From Octopus sinensis (taxonomy: Eukaryota), in NCBI RefSeq assembly GCF_006345805.1, contig NC_042997.1:121830001-121894000 (forward strand): a stretch of DNA of 64,000 nt. Direction: 5' to 3'. Within the stretch, counting starts at the first letter, position 1; each line of letters begins with the position of its first letter. Below are positions 1-12,840 of this stretch, in pieces. The notes beneath the pieces were generated by a model. That model was not told where the DNA came from, searched no databases, and saw nothing but the letters and a program-made list of their open reading frames with translations. Made by a program: the position numbers and the translations under genes.

Positions 1-59
<59 letters not shown>

Positions 60-742
60 CAGACAGAGATAGACAGACAGGGTGAGATAAATACCCCTAT
101 GAGTAAACTTTTGAAACTATAGTTTGTAACATATATCACACGTGGGGGCATATGATCATCCTTGCAGTCTGGACAAGGTAACTTATTGACTTATTTCTAT
201 AAGTGACTAATTCTATAACTTGATTAACAGGTCAACACGCTGTTGTGTGTAGTTCCCTTCCACCGGTGTATCGCATGCATTTTGTACATATCGTCTAAAA
301 GAAGGATGTGTTTTTCGATGCTGAAAACAAAAGCAATCAGATATTCACGTTCAAATCTGACAAAATGTATTACAATTGAAAAGATATATTATGGTTTGAA
401 GGTTCACCGTTCTGTGCTCGCCTCATGTAATGATTCAGTAACATTTATAGCAATTTAACTTTTAATTTACGATGTGATAGTAAACTTTAGTGTTCAATTC
501 AAAACTTGTTACAGACAAATTCATTTAGTTAATAAAATCGATGAAGTAAATAATCTCTAAAAGTTGCACGAAACCCATCGACGTGCGCGCGTGTGAAAGT
601 GGAGAGCTGAGCAGGATGTTATTGTTTCGATTACAAGACCGGCGGCGTAATTTATCCTTTTGCTTCGTAGGTTATTTCACGTCGCTTCAACCTTAGCAGT
701 TACTGAAAACCTGCTCGGTGAAAGAGAAGACGTCTCGCCCCT

Positions 743-970
743 CGAGCTGGCAGAAACGTTAGCAGGCCGAGCGAAATGCTTAGCTGTATTTCGTCTGGCG
801 TTACGTTCTGAGTTCAAATTCCGCCGAGGTCGACTATGCCTTTCATCCTTTCGGGGGTCGATAAATTAAGTACCAGTTACACACTGGAGTCGATGTAATC
901 GACTTAATCCCTTTGTCTGTGCTTGTTTGTCCCCTAAATGTCTAGCCCCTTGTAGGCAATAAAGAAATAA
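743..970 (+). mobile_element. tRNA-type SINE, family S2
   Basis: gagctggcagaaacgttagc (A-box-like), gagttcaaattcc (B-box-like), central gtcgactatgcctttcatcctttcggggtcgataaattaagtacc, A-rich tail. Other copies lie at about 17745, 35125, 42150 and 62860. Confidence 0.8.
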
Positions 971-1274
971 GTTATTATATCCAGGCTACGCCGCTGCATC
1001 AAATGTAGGAGTGTCGTGAATGCGTTTACATCTGCTCACGAAAACTTAACCATCTCACGCAATTAGCGAAATCATAGTACATAGTATCAAGTCATACACA
1101 TTTTCAAAGGAAGTCTATAGTATTTGTTTCTACGCACACACAAACAGACACATATAGTAAGTAAATGGAGTTAAATCCATGCCGTGTCTTTACGAAACAC
1201 AACTACATATTCCAGTGCTCAGAATATACTTGTAGATATCACAATTAATATGAGAGTCGAAACTGCTGGAAGTA

Positions 1275-1503
1275 CTCTCTTCTACTTGTTTCAGTCATTT
1301 GACTGCGGCCATGCTGGAACACCGACTTTAGTTGAGCAAATCGACCCCAGGGTTTATTCTTTGGAAGCGTAGTACTTATTCTATCAGTCTCCTTTTGCCG
1401 AACCGCTAAGTTACGGGGACGTAAACACACCAGCACCGGTTGTCAAGTGATGCTGGAGAGACAAGAACAGACAAAGAAACATATACAGACACACACGTAT
1501 ATA

Positions 1504-1541
<38 letters not shown>

Positions 1542-1711
1542 CATATATATAACGATGGGCTTCTTTCAGTTTCTGTCTACCAAATCCACTCACAAGGCTT
1601 TGGTCTGACCGAGGCTATAGTAGAAGACACTTGCCCAAGGTGCCACGCAGTGGGACTGAACCCGGAACCATGTGGTTGGTAAGCAAGCTACTTACCACAC
1701 AGCCACTCCTG
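1275..1711 (-). mobile_element. tRNA-type SINE, family S1 (two halves joined by a microsatellite), full length
   Basis: Minus strand caggagtggctgtgtggtaag..ccgggttcagtccc head, internal (TA)n, 3' half ending gactgaaacaagta; many homologous copies in the window. Confidence 0.85.
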
Positions 1712-3410
1712 TCAAATATTAGAAAATGCTGTTTGCTGAGAAGTTGCATATCAAAACAGAAAACTGGAAAAGTGCTTTTTGGTATCCTTTATTCTCCACC
1801 ACATATGTTTCATAACTAATACGAGTTACGTAGTTATACATGTAGAAAGTCATGTAAAACATCTACTAGTAATTATTCAGACCGAAAATTATAATGCGGG
1901 TTATTTAAAAGCATTATTTGAATTGTCGAATAGGGAAATGTTTCACATGTTTTCCTACATGTAAACCTATGTTACTCGTATTAGTAATGGGGATCAGATA
2001 ATGCTGAAATGCATTTTGATATATTGTAATGTCAGAATTTATTTGGCATAGCACAAACGAATATACAATTCTACGCAAAATGGAATTCTACACATGCACA
2101 AAAACACACATGCATACACACACACACACACACACGCGTGTGTGCGTATGTGTGTGTAGCGGTTGACGCTTTCGCCACCACTGAGGACATTTTCCAATCC
2201 ATAATTTAAAATCTGAAAGTAAAAAACACTGTGTTAATGTATTCTTACATCAATCTCCGTATATCCCTACTTTTTATGAGAATTTCTTTTCTCATATCAA
2301 TCTCTCCAAACTTTGTATTTTGATCACTGGTCGAATTAGACCCGAGAGACGGTGTCTGACGATACAATCGATCCATATTACATGTAATAAAAGTGATTCT
2401 ACTACTAAAAGTTTCATTTTTTTTCGTAGTTGATTTTAAACATAACACAATTCACATCTGTATACATTTCATACGCAACAATACATATATGTATATACAT
2501 ATTTACATATACACATAAATATGTATATATATCTCTTTGTGCATATATACAAAACATACAGCGATATATATATTACATGCATTAAACACACACATACTTA
2601 CATACACCACGTGTTATTGTATAAGTGTATAATAGGGCTGTGTTGGAAAAATATTTTATTTGACGTTGAATGTCGCCAAATTTATATGGAAATCTGTTTT
2701 GTATAAAATAAGTATATACGTTGTAAATGTTTGCAAACAAGATGTCAATGGATCATTATGGCGAAAGATCAATTCACTTCTAATCGTTCAATGTCTATGT
2801 ATTTATTAGTTTGTAGAATAGTTGTCAACTTTTATTGATTCACTTAGTAACATGACTTATGGAAATGAATCCTTCTCTAGTTGCATGAAAAATATCCTCC
2901 ACCACGCGAACATGTCTAGTTTTATATATTAATGGCTAAGATTATAGTATAAATAATTCTATGCATTACAGATATAAGTTCAAGGAAGAAAATGTACGGT
3001 TGAATGTTTTCTTTACTCATGTCTAGGCTTCCACGGAATACAATTAAATTTAACAATTGGAGGGAGAAAATAGGCATAAGTGACAAATGGGTCTATGAAG
3101 GTAATTACGATAACAATCAGACCGAATATCAATTTATACACATTAGAGCTGATTTGGTATCTTTTAAAGGTTTTATTATATCAGATAATAGATAAAGCTT
3201 TTGTGGGTTTCACAAATTTACCTAAATTCTAGCATTTTCAAGATATGGCCGTAATAACATATGTATTGTTTAAATGTATTTTGTCTTTAATCTGTTCAAA
3301 TACATTGAAACCTGTTAAGCAAGTATTTGAATGTTGAACGAAAATATCAAAGTATGTAGGAAATCGAAGGCACAAAGGAGCTTGTTGTGTATTAAAATTC
3401 AGACAGTACC

Positions 3411-3454
<44 letters not shown>

Positions 3455-3457
<3 letters not shown>

Positions 3458-3625
3458 AATTTAAATTTAAAATAATAAGGGTGTAAAATTGAATATTAAT
3501 TTGATTAATATCAATTTAAAACCAGTGGTCTAGCATAGTATAACTTGAAGATTCAGAAAAAAATTATATTGCATACATATAAAAGGGGTGACCACTACGT
3601 GGACATCCATTATCCTAGAAATAGA
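3455..3625. mobile_element. Terminal fragment related to block A/B of the 26.4-kb element family
   Basis: taataagggtgtaaaattgaatattaatttg..accagtggtctagc..gtgaccactacgtgg resembles taataagggtgagagaattagatactaatttaa..accaagtggcctag..gtggtcactatatgg; it abuts (TA)n. Confidence 0.55.
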
Positions 3626-3819
3626 TCCGCTATGGAAACAATATATATTTTGTTTCTTTTCATTTGTCTTGCTCGCTTACGTTCTGGCATTTGCTAAATT
3701 TTCTTGAGAACATTTCTTTCTTAGTGGTAAGATCATAGCTGATCTACTTCTAGTTTCTTCTATTCTTTTACTTGTTTGAATTAATGTGTATATATATATA
3801 TATATGAGTGAGTGAGTGA

Positions 3820-3856
<37 letters not shown>

Positions 3857-4068
3857 CATGTATGTCTGTGTCCGTGTGTATGTACATGTGTGAAGGCGCA
3901 CGGTCCAGTATTTAAAGTTTTACGCTTACAAACGCAGGGTCGTAGGTTCGATAATCGAGCTGTGCGACGCATTGTGTTCTGGATCAAATCATTTAATTTT
4001 ACGTTGCTCCATTCCACCCAGCTGCAAATTAGTTACCTTGTGTGTGTGTGGTTTTGTGTGTGTGTGTG

Positions 4069-4099
<31 letters not shown>

Positions 4100-5151
4100 A
4101 ACTACCTTATAATTGGAAGGAGGGAAAATCCTCTTTCCAATCCAGAGGTGGTTTGTTCTGCTCGCCTAGCCAACGTGGTTACATCATTCGAAATCTAAAA
4201 CAATGCAAAACACTTTGTGACCAGCGATGTCTCACAACATTCGATATTCTTGTCTGTCGCATGATCACGGAAGATGTGTGTGTGTGTATGTGTGCCACAG
4301 AGATGAATTTCAGTTAAATATCTCCCATTATGTGTCTGTTAAGATGTACCATTTTAGATGTATTATAATTGAAAAACTATAAGCAGCGGCTACATGAGAC
4401 ATCCTGTGAGAACCAGCCTCGTTTTAATATTAAATATGATTCTAGCAGCGTATGAAAGACTGTTCTTCTTACAACAGACCAACTACTACTACATTAAACA
4501 TCAAGGAATATATTCTATATAATCATTTCAATAGTTTCGATATGTCTTATTTCATTTGAAAGTCTCAGCAAAAATATAATCTGTTTAGTTTGTCTAGATA
4601 CATGAAAGGGAGACGCCACATATCTAACCAACTACGTTTGACAATGATGACCATCAATAGTGTACGTTAATATCTTGTTCTGAGAATCTGAAGTACAGCA
4701 GCATGGTACTTTCACAGCATCGATGTCGAAAGCTGTTTTGCTAAATATCTAATCAATGTGATGCGGATGAGATTTGAAATATTACCTCTACAATGCAGAA
4801 GAAGTGTCAATTGAAATAGCGTATTGATAATTGAAGGAATAAGATTTATAATGGATTGAAATGTATAACAAAAACGAATCTCATCAACTCTTCTACTTTC
4901 TGACATAGCCACGGAGACTGGATAAAATCACATTAAAAAAAAAAAAACATTAAATTATTTCACCTTCCAGTATTCTAGAAATTTTAAAAAGACAACACGA
5001 ACAACACCAATATACCGAAAAAATACATTCATACATACATATATATATATACATACACATACAAAATTAAACAAGCATATATATATGTGTGCGTCCGTGT
5101 GGTGTGTGTATATATATATATACATAACAACATATGTGTAATTATATAAAT

Positions 5152-5227
<76 letters not shown>

Positions 5228-5572
5228 CGTATAGATCTGTGTATAAGAATCTGTGTACGCACGTGAGTCTGCGTATATATAGACACTCACGCAATACACT
5301 GATATATATATATATATAAGTGTGAAATTAAGTATGAATGTATAAATAAATAACTATATAATAGTAAGGTTTCTCTAGGAAAAATCACTTGCTTACTGAA
5401 AGCCATAACCCATTAAGTAATATTACATCTGTCAATACTGTTTATAGTATTGGCGGTGGTATCTTTCAATGAGTTATCAAAAGTGAAAAGTTTTTTTTTT
5501 TACTTCAGATAAAATAGAATATTTAAAAGTTAAATCGAGATTACAGCTATCGGCTTAATAATTGCAATTCTC

Positions 5573-5617
<45 letters not shown>

Positions 5618-6392
5618 CACACACACACACACTCTTACTATTTCTCAGTGAGATAGGTAAAATATCGCTGATGCAACATAAACTCAAGGTTACAATATAC
5701 AAGAGTACGTTAAATGAGAGGAGGGACGAATCAAGCACATTTACGTTGCCTTTATCAATCTATCTATCTATATTCGTTCCTTTCATGCTTATTCGTTCAT
5801 TTCACTCTTCGTTCTTTCGTTTCCCCTCTCTCACATTTCTTTGCCTTCACTTCTTGTTCACTTTCCCTCCACTTTTCACTTTACTGTGTTCCTGTCATTT
5901 TTCTCGCCCCTCCTTAACTCTGTTGTCCCTCTGCTTCTACTTAACTCTCTTCTCTTCCCACGTGACCGGTGCTCGGCCAAGCTTGTTCTTTCTTGCTTGA
6001 TCTGGCTGTTGTCCGTGCAACATCAATATTCTTCCCTGTGTTTATGAAATCCTCTATCCCTGCCGTAAGATTTCATTTCCACACACACCAGATTAATTTA
6101 ATTCGTTCTTAGTCGAAATACACCTGTTGTTATGTCCTGTTATTTTTATTGTAACATTTTCCGTTTTCCCCCTTGTTTTTGTGTACATTTTCTGCTTTCT
6201 TCCAAGGAATCTAATGCTCTTAGCTTAGTTTTTCCTTTGGGCTGGCTAGATTGAAGCAAGATAATCAGGTACTTGACTGAGAAAAGAAAACTTCGAATGA
6301 CCCATCCTTGCTTTCTTTGTATCGTCTATCTGAATGTTTTGTTGTCCCTTTTTTGTATCCCCTAACTGTCTGGATGTTTTGCGCTCTTGCCC

Positions 6393-6444
<52 letters not shown>

Positions 6445-7155
6445 TATATATACACATACACGCATACAGAAGCGTATATATATATATATATATATCTATA
6501 TATATATATATAACTCTTCTATGTTTATTCGCACACCGGGCAATCATGGTCGCGATAAATCAATATTTTCCATGAAAATTGTTTTTATATCTATTACGGA
6601 TTGCTTGAAGCTATTTTCTTACAGCTCAATCACTCGATCGTATAAATATATATATATAAGACGAAATCCACTCACGAGGCTTGCTCAAACCAGGGCTATA
6701 ATAGAAAGCATTTGCGCAAGGCTCCACGCAATGGAACTGAACCCGGAACCGTGTGTTTGGGAAGTAAAATTTCTTACCACAAAGTTACGTCTGAGCTTAC
6801 TTATGGGTAACTAGTGAACGATACAGAACAGAACACATGAATATATACATATATATATATATATATATATGGGGCAAAAGTAAAAAAACAGTAAAATAAA
6901 TATCAGTGAGAACAAAGCAGTAAAAATAAACGATGCGGGCTGTTAAGCCAAGACGATGGATCTGATCGTTTAAGGAGACGAGCTTATGAAGAGACAGGAT
7001 AAGCCCGTTTAGTCCTTGTGAAGGTAGTATTCGGAAAGATGGATTCCCTCTCATCACGTGCCAGCGACAAGAGAGCCGAGGAGGGGAGTAAGAGAGAGGG
7101 ATCGGTGAAGGGGAGAGGAGAAGAATAGGGAATATACATACAACACGCACAAATG

Positions 7156-7187
<32 letters not shown>

Positions 7188-7194
7188 ATATATA

Positions 7195-7226
<32 letters not shown>

Positions 7227-7533
7227 CTATATATATATATATATGCCGCACCTTTGTGCCATATGGGCTCAACTCCGCTCCTCTTTTCATCTGACACCTA
7301 CTTCTCTTCACTCATATCCACCACACCACTCCACACACACTAGCATCTATCCACGCATACACACACACATTCTTATATACACACGCATACCCACCTTAGT
7401 TTTGGGTTCATCAATACTTTTTTATCTCTCCTTCTTTCAACCTCTGTCAAACTTTTTCCAACCAGTCGCCATGCTTAACCGCAAAATCTACAAGTTTTTT
7501 CTTTCCTTCTCTCTGTTTATTTTGTAGTATTCC

Positions 7534-7567
7534 TTTCTGCTGAAGGGTGTAGACTCGAAACGTAAAA
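7534..7567 (+). ncRNA. Degenerate micro-hammerhead-like motif in a repeat tail (about 7500-7650)
   Basis: ttt CTGCTGA a gggt gtag actc GAAAC gt aaaa: stem II hairpin and GAAAC present, but core position A6 is C. A related copy lies at 35894-35927. Confidence 0.35.
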
Positions 7568-7649
7568 TACTTTCTCACTTTCGCGAGCGTCAGACTAATA
7601 CACCTGCTTGCTGTTCATACACCTGTCTTCGTCTTTTGTCTTTCTATAA

Positions 7650-7945
7650 ATTTCAACTATACATACATACATACATACATACATACATACATACATGCAT
7701 GCATGCATGCATGCATACAGACAGACAGACACAGACACACACACACACATACATACATACATACATACATACATACATACATACATTCAGATAGATAGAT
7801 AAATACAGATAGATAGATAAATACATACAGATAGATAGATAAATATAGATAGATAAATACATACATATAGATAGACAGATAGATAGATACATACATACAT
7901 ACATACATACATACATACATACATACATACATACATGCATACATA
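7650..7945. repeat. Compound tetranucleotide microsatellite (ACAT/GCAT/AGAC/AGAT)
   Basis: Directly visible. Confidence 0.95.
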
Positions 7946-8047
7946 GAGATATATTGATATAACTCTTTATTCAAGTAACTAGATATCCATTCGACCACTG
8001 CCACAGACATTTAAATAATGACAAAAAGTATATATTTTATACTCTAC

Positions 8048-8251
8048 CTGTTTCAAAGCAGACATAATTGCATCACCATGCATCCAAGGCAAGGCGTCCT
8101 TTATATAACAAGGCACACCCTTTGTCTTATTATGGTTGTAGACAATTCCGCGCCGGAATGTGTGTTGAAACACTTTTATATCGTTTTTTAACATTTGCTC
8201 GAGGGCATGAACTATCACGTTGGTAGCATCGATCGAAAGTGCAACTTCATG
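8048..8251 (-). CDS. Internal coding exon (68 aa, phase 0/0) of a non-NMDA ionotropic glutamate receptor (AMPA/kainate-like), amino-terminal domain
   Basis: Seen: minus-strand acceptor ttctatttcttgttcatttccag| and donor CAG|gtagag; 204 nt open frame HEVALSIDATNVIVHALEQMLKNDIKVFQHTFRRGIVYNHNKTKGVPCYIKDALPWMHGDAIMSALKQ. Knowledge (from memory): matches the GluA ATD segment YTSALTYDAV..RRGNAGDCLANPAVPWGQG..ALKQ, which is also a single exon with these boundaries in vertebrate GluA genes. Paralog not assignable by eye. Confidence 0.9.
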
Positions 8252-8716
8252 CTGGAAATGAACAAGAAATAGAACGAGATTATCAAATGAAAATTTATAG
8301 ACATGAAAAGATTATATTTGTTCATTTATTTTAAACACTCCGAATAAATGCTATATATTTTTGTATATCTCTAATATTTATTCTGATAGTTATTTTCTTA
8401 ACGCTTTAATCTATGATGTTATATAGTATAAAAGTATGTAGTTTCTATTTAAACATATGTGATCACATGATACTGAAAAAAAACAACATTATCAACATTA
8501 TGGTCTTCATAGAAACTTTCATCATAGATATTACCATACTTATCTTGAAAATCAGGAAAATGTTTTCTAAATGTTCTTATTGCCATAGAAATCATTCGTA
8601 ACGGCGTAACTTCAAGTATATCGTATCTTAATAAAGAATATTCGAAGTGTGTGTATGTGTCCGCGTGTATATTTATCCATCCATCCATGTATGTATGTAT
8701 CTATCAATCGATATAC

Positions 8717-8812
<96 letters not shown>

Positions 8813-8926
8813 CTTTCAGATGCAGCATTTTCACATCAAGCGCTGACATATTTTACAAAACTGACATTACGTTAACATGGAAGTCCAAGCGTTGTTAAAG
8901 CAATTATAAGAAATAATCGCTACATA

Positions 8927-10116
8927 CTCGCGTTGGACAAAATAATTGAAACACCTAGCATCATAGCATCATAATTTAGAAATATCTATAAAACCGTCAA
9001 AATCTCGTTTATTTTTATGTATTTTTAGAATATTTATTATTAGTATTGCTTAATACGTTTTGCTAAAATTGCTGTTTCTTTTCAGATATCATCAAGAAAG
9101 GGTAATTAAAATTCATTGAAGTGAAAGATCTATCGGACTTTGAAAGAGGTCAAATTGTTGGTGCTCGTATGGCAGGCGCTAACATAATGAAAACAGCCGC
9201 AATGTTTGGTGTGTCAAGAAGTACTGTCGCGAAAGTACTGACAACCTTTGAGCAAGAGGGAAAACCCCTTCGTCGAAACAAAACTCCAAAAGGAAACAAA
9301 GACTTTCAGATGGAGACCACCAGACTCTTACGCGAATTGCTAGGAAGAATCACAAAAGTACAGCTCCCGAAATTACTGCAGATCACTTCGGGAAACCAGT
9401 TTCCACAAAAACTGTTGGCTGAGAGCTACACAAAACCGGATTTCACAGGAGGGCTGCAATCAGAAAATCACTACTTTCAAAAACAAACGTTGCCAAGCAT
9501 TTAGAAGGCAGTAAAAACCTACAGAATTGATCCCTAGAGCAGCGGAAGTATGTTTTTTTTTCTCGAACGAGTCCTTTACCTTATTTCCGACCACCGGCCG
9601 AGGAGGATCTGTGATGATCTGGCGGGGGGTTTATCTTGGAAATCCGCCGGCCCAATGTTTTCACTTCATGGCAGAATTAACAGTCAAGACTATTTAAGTA
9701 TTTTATCTGATCAAATTCATCTTATGGTTGCGGAACTGTTTCCGGAGAAAAGCGCAATCTTTCGGGATGCTAATGCACCAATTCACACTGCTAAAGTTGT
9801 TACTGAATGGCATGAGGAACATTCTAGTGAAGTTGAACATCTTATCTGGTCACCGCAGTCCCCAGACCGCAATATTATTGAACATTTACGGTGCATTTTA
9901 GAAAAACAAGTAAGGAGTCAATATACTCCACCATCATCACTACAAGAACTGGAGTCTGTTTTAGCTGGAAAATGGACAAAAATTCCTTTGGAAACAATTC
10001 AAACTCCATACCTCATAGAATTCAAGATGTAATTTCTGCCAAAGGCGGTGCTACCCCAGGTTAAAATAAATTTGTTTGAAATTTTAAGGTGTTTCCATTA
10101 TTTTGTCCAACCCCTG
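8927..10116 (+). mobile_element. Tc1-family DNA transposon, near full length, decayed
   Basis: Imperfect TIRs ctcgcgttggacaaaataattgaaacacct and aggtgtttccattattttgtccaacccctg, each flanked by TA. Internal frames give the Tc1 HTH (DLSDFERGQIVGARMAG) and DDE motifs (DANAPIH, WSPQSPDRNIIEHL). Confidence 0.93.
9121..10062 (+). pseudogene. Frameshifted Tc1 transposase
   Basis: ORFs 9121-9504 and 9550-10032 carry the HTH and DDE parts in different frames. GGSVMIW is visible at 9602-9622, followed by a frameshift. Confidence 0.88.
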
Positions 10117-11140
10117 TATCACGTACCTCCCACCACACCAACTACAAAAATTAAAAGGACTTACTGTATAGAGTAATCTTAATTGTAATGTATCTCAACA
10201 AAAAAAAGAAAATCAAAACAATAAAAAAAACAAGTCCGAATAATCAGGAGATTGATGCCTGTGATAATGAGCGTTCATACTCTATATTTGATAGGAGTCT
10301 TATTATCGCCTGGTGCACGGAGAAATTAGATTAAATAACAATAACAACAGCAGCTTTACTCTTAACGCATGACATAGATTAATGTTCTGAATTTTTGTGT
10401 ACTTCTAGCATTTATTTTTTCACTATCTGTCTTTGGTTATCATCGTTTAATAATCTAATTAAGCCATTTTTATCTACACATTATCCACCGTACGAAAAAT
10501 ATGTTCCGGGGGCTAAAGCTAACACATTCGGTATATGGTAAGAGCTGCTTTTACCCCTTGTCATGCAAAACTTACGACTGACGTCGAAATTTCAGTGTAG
10601 CCGATGAACACCATTCATATACTACCAATAGTTACAAAGGTATATGATGGATGTACCGTCAATTTCACATGGAAATAGATGCGCAACGGCTCCACGCTAA
10701 ACAAAACAGGTCCTCCCCAGCTTCTCTCCATCTCTAAAATTTTCCAGGCAACCGTTCAGTGGGAACAAAAGCAACTTTGTGACAGCAAAGCTTCCACTCA
10801 TAACAATGAAACGGATGTATGTTTCGTGTTTTGTATCAATACAAGCGCTTGCTAGAGACACGTTTTAACAAGAGCGACGATGTGCTGAATAGACAATATT
10901 TCCGCCCATAATGTATGCCATTATTAATGAATCCCAGTACGCAGCTGGTAGCTTATTTCATCGAACCAAAAGGATGAAAGGCATCGAAAATTTTTTTTTC
11001 AACTTTCTGGATCCATAAAATAAAAATCTCAGTTGAGCACTGTCGTTGATGTAAACGGCAAACTTCTCGCCACAAATTTTAGGCCTTGTGCCGATAGCAA
11101 AAATAATAATAATAATAATGATGTTTAGTGAGAAAGCAAT

Positions 11141-11270
11141 ACCAACCACATAGTTCCGGGTTCAGTCCCACTGCGTGGCACCTTGGGCAAGTGTCTTCTA
11201 CTATAGCCTCGGGCCGACCAAAGCCTTGTGAGTGGATTTGGTAGACGGAAACTGAAAGAAGCCCGTCGTG

Positions 11271-11352
<82 letters not shown>

Positions 11353-11570
11353 TATGTCTGTGTCTGTCCCCACTATATCGCTTGACAACCGATGCTGGTG
11401 TTTTTACGTCACCGTAAAATTAGCGGTTCGGCAAAAGAGACCGATTCAATAAGTACTAGGCTTGCAAAGAATAAGTCGTGGGGTCGATTTTCTCGACTAA
11501 AGGTGATGCTCCAGCATGGCCGCAGTCAAATGACTGAAACAAGTAAAAGAGAGTAAAAGAGAGAGAGAGT
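11141..11570 (+). mobile_element. SINE family S1, slightly 5'-truncated
   Basis: Homologous to 1275-1711 in the opposite orientation, with an internal (TA)n(TG)n tract. Confidence 0.85.
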
Positions 11571-12081
11571 ATCCTTCAAAGAGTCACTGGGGCACAAATA
11601 TACAAAGCTCCACATACCAATCAAACTACACGACTGATAAGGGCACACCAGGTACATGCATCACAATCATTTACGCGACATGCTCATCTTATATCGAGAT
11701 AAACAACGCATGATCTTGCAGTTGGGGCCCAGTTAAAATTTTATAAAAATGAAGGTCCTTGAATAAGGGTTGTTTAAGGATGGTGGACGAAAAATCCCTG
11801 TTTCTAAAGGTGAGTTATTCAAACTCCCAAAACTTCCTTTAAACACATGGCAATGACGTCCCTCTACCGCTAGTGCTCATTATTAGAGATGAACATAACG
11901 TCAACCAGTAAGAGAAATGTTCAACTGATTAAGGACAAGTGATTGACAAGCAAATAGGTGATATTGACCAGAATATTTGCTGCAGAACATCTTTTAACCA
12001 AGACAAAACAATGTGCATGATTACACTTCCAATCAGTTAAGATCCCATTCACGAGTGTCACTGCCTGCTGCTGCATCAGGC

Positions 12082-12113
<32 letters not shown>

Positions 12114-12114
<1 letters not shown>

Positions 12115-12460
12115 GCTTAGTGGTAAGAGCGTTGAGCTTACGATTGTGAGGTTGTGAGCTCGAATCCCGGACCGGGCTGCGTGTTGTGTTCTCGAGCAAG
12201 GCACTTTATTTCACGTTGTGATGATCTGGCGGGGGGTTTATCTTGGAAATCAGCTGTAGAAATGAGTTGCGACGTCACAGGTGCCAAGCTGTATCGACCT
12301 TTGTCTTTCCCTTGGATAACACTGGTGGCGTGGAGAGGGGAGGCTGGTATGCATGGGCGACTGCTAGCCTTCCATAAACAAACTTGCCCGGACTTGCGTC
12401 TAGGAGGGTAACTTTCTAGGTGCAATCCCATGGTCATTCATGACCGAAGGGGGTCTTTAT
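12114..12460 (+). mobile_element. tRNA-type SINE, family S3 (CORE-like centre), carrying a foreign 31-nt insert
   Basis: ggcttagtggtaagagc..gagctcgaatccc head, gtgttgtgttctcgagcaaggcactttatttcacgttg centre; preceded by (AAT)n. Homologues lie at 40008 and 49490. Confidence 0.8.
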
Positions 12461-12489
12461 TTTCTGGAAGCACAAGGACTCGAATTTTA

Positions 12490-12840
12490 GGGGAGTTAAG
12501 GAAGAGATTTCGTCGCAAAAGTCCAGAGCTCTTACACTGGAGTTGGTGGAACCTGCATCAGAATAAAGCACCAGTCCACAATTCTATCTTGGTAACCAAC
12601 TCCTTGAAAATGGTAGACATCAAAGCTCTCCCTCATATTCCCTACAGTTTAGACATTGCTCTGCAACTTTTGGTTGTGCCCATGCTGAAGGAGAACATCA
12701 GGGGCAGTTGCTTTCAAGACACTGTTCCATGCGTCTTGGACATCTCTTTGGAGGGGTTTCTTGAGACCTTCGCAAAGTCGCTGGAGCACTATAGCAAGGG
12801 CATTGAAGTCAAAGAATCCCACTTTGAAGGAGATTAGATT
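12490..12840 (+). mobile_element. Mariner transposase C-terminal fragment, decayed
   Basis: ORF 12430-12837 contains LRKRFRRKSPEL..WNLHQNKAPVHNS..PHIPYSLDIA, degenerate forms of the mariner HQDNAPxH and PYSPDLAP motifs. Confidence 0.8.

Noticed and set aside
6980-7050. Hammerhead-like fragments on both strands of a TA-flanked insert (also about 35560-35620)
   Set aside because: Several invariant core positions are altered; too degenerate to call.
10748-10816. Possible 69-nt plus-strand exon (ATVQWEQKQLCDSKASTHNNETD) between ttttccag and gtatgt
   Set aside because: No recognisable homology, and splice-like signals of this quality arise by chance in 64 kb.
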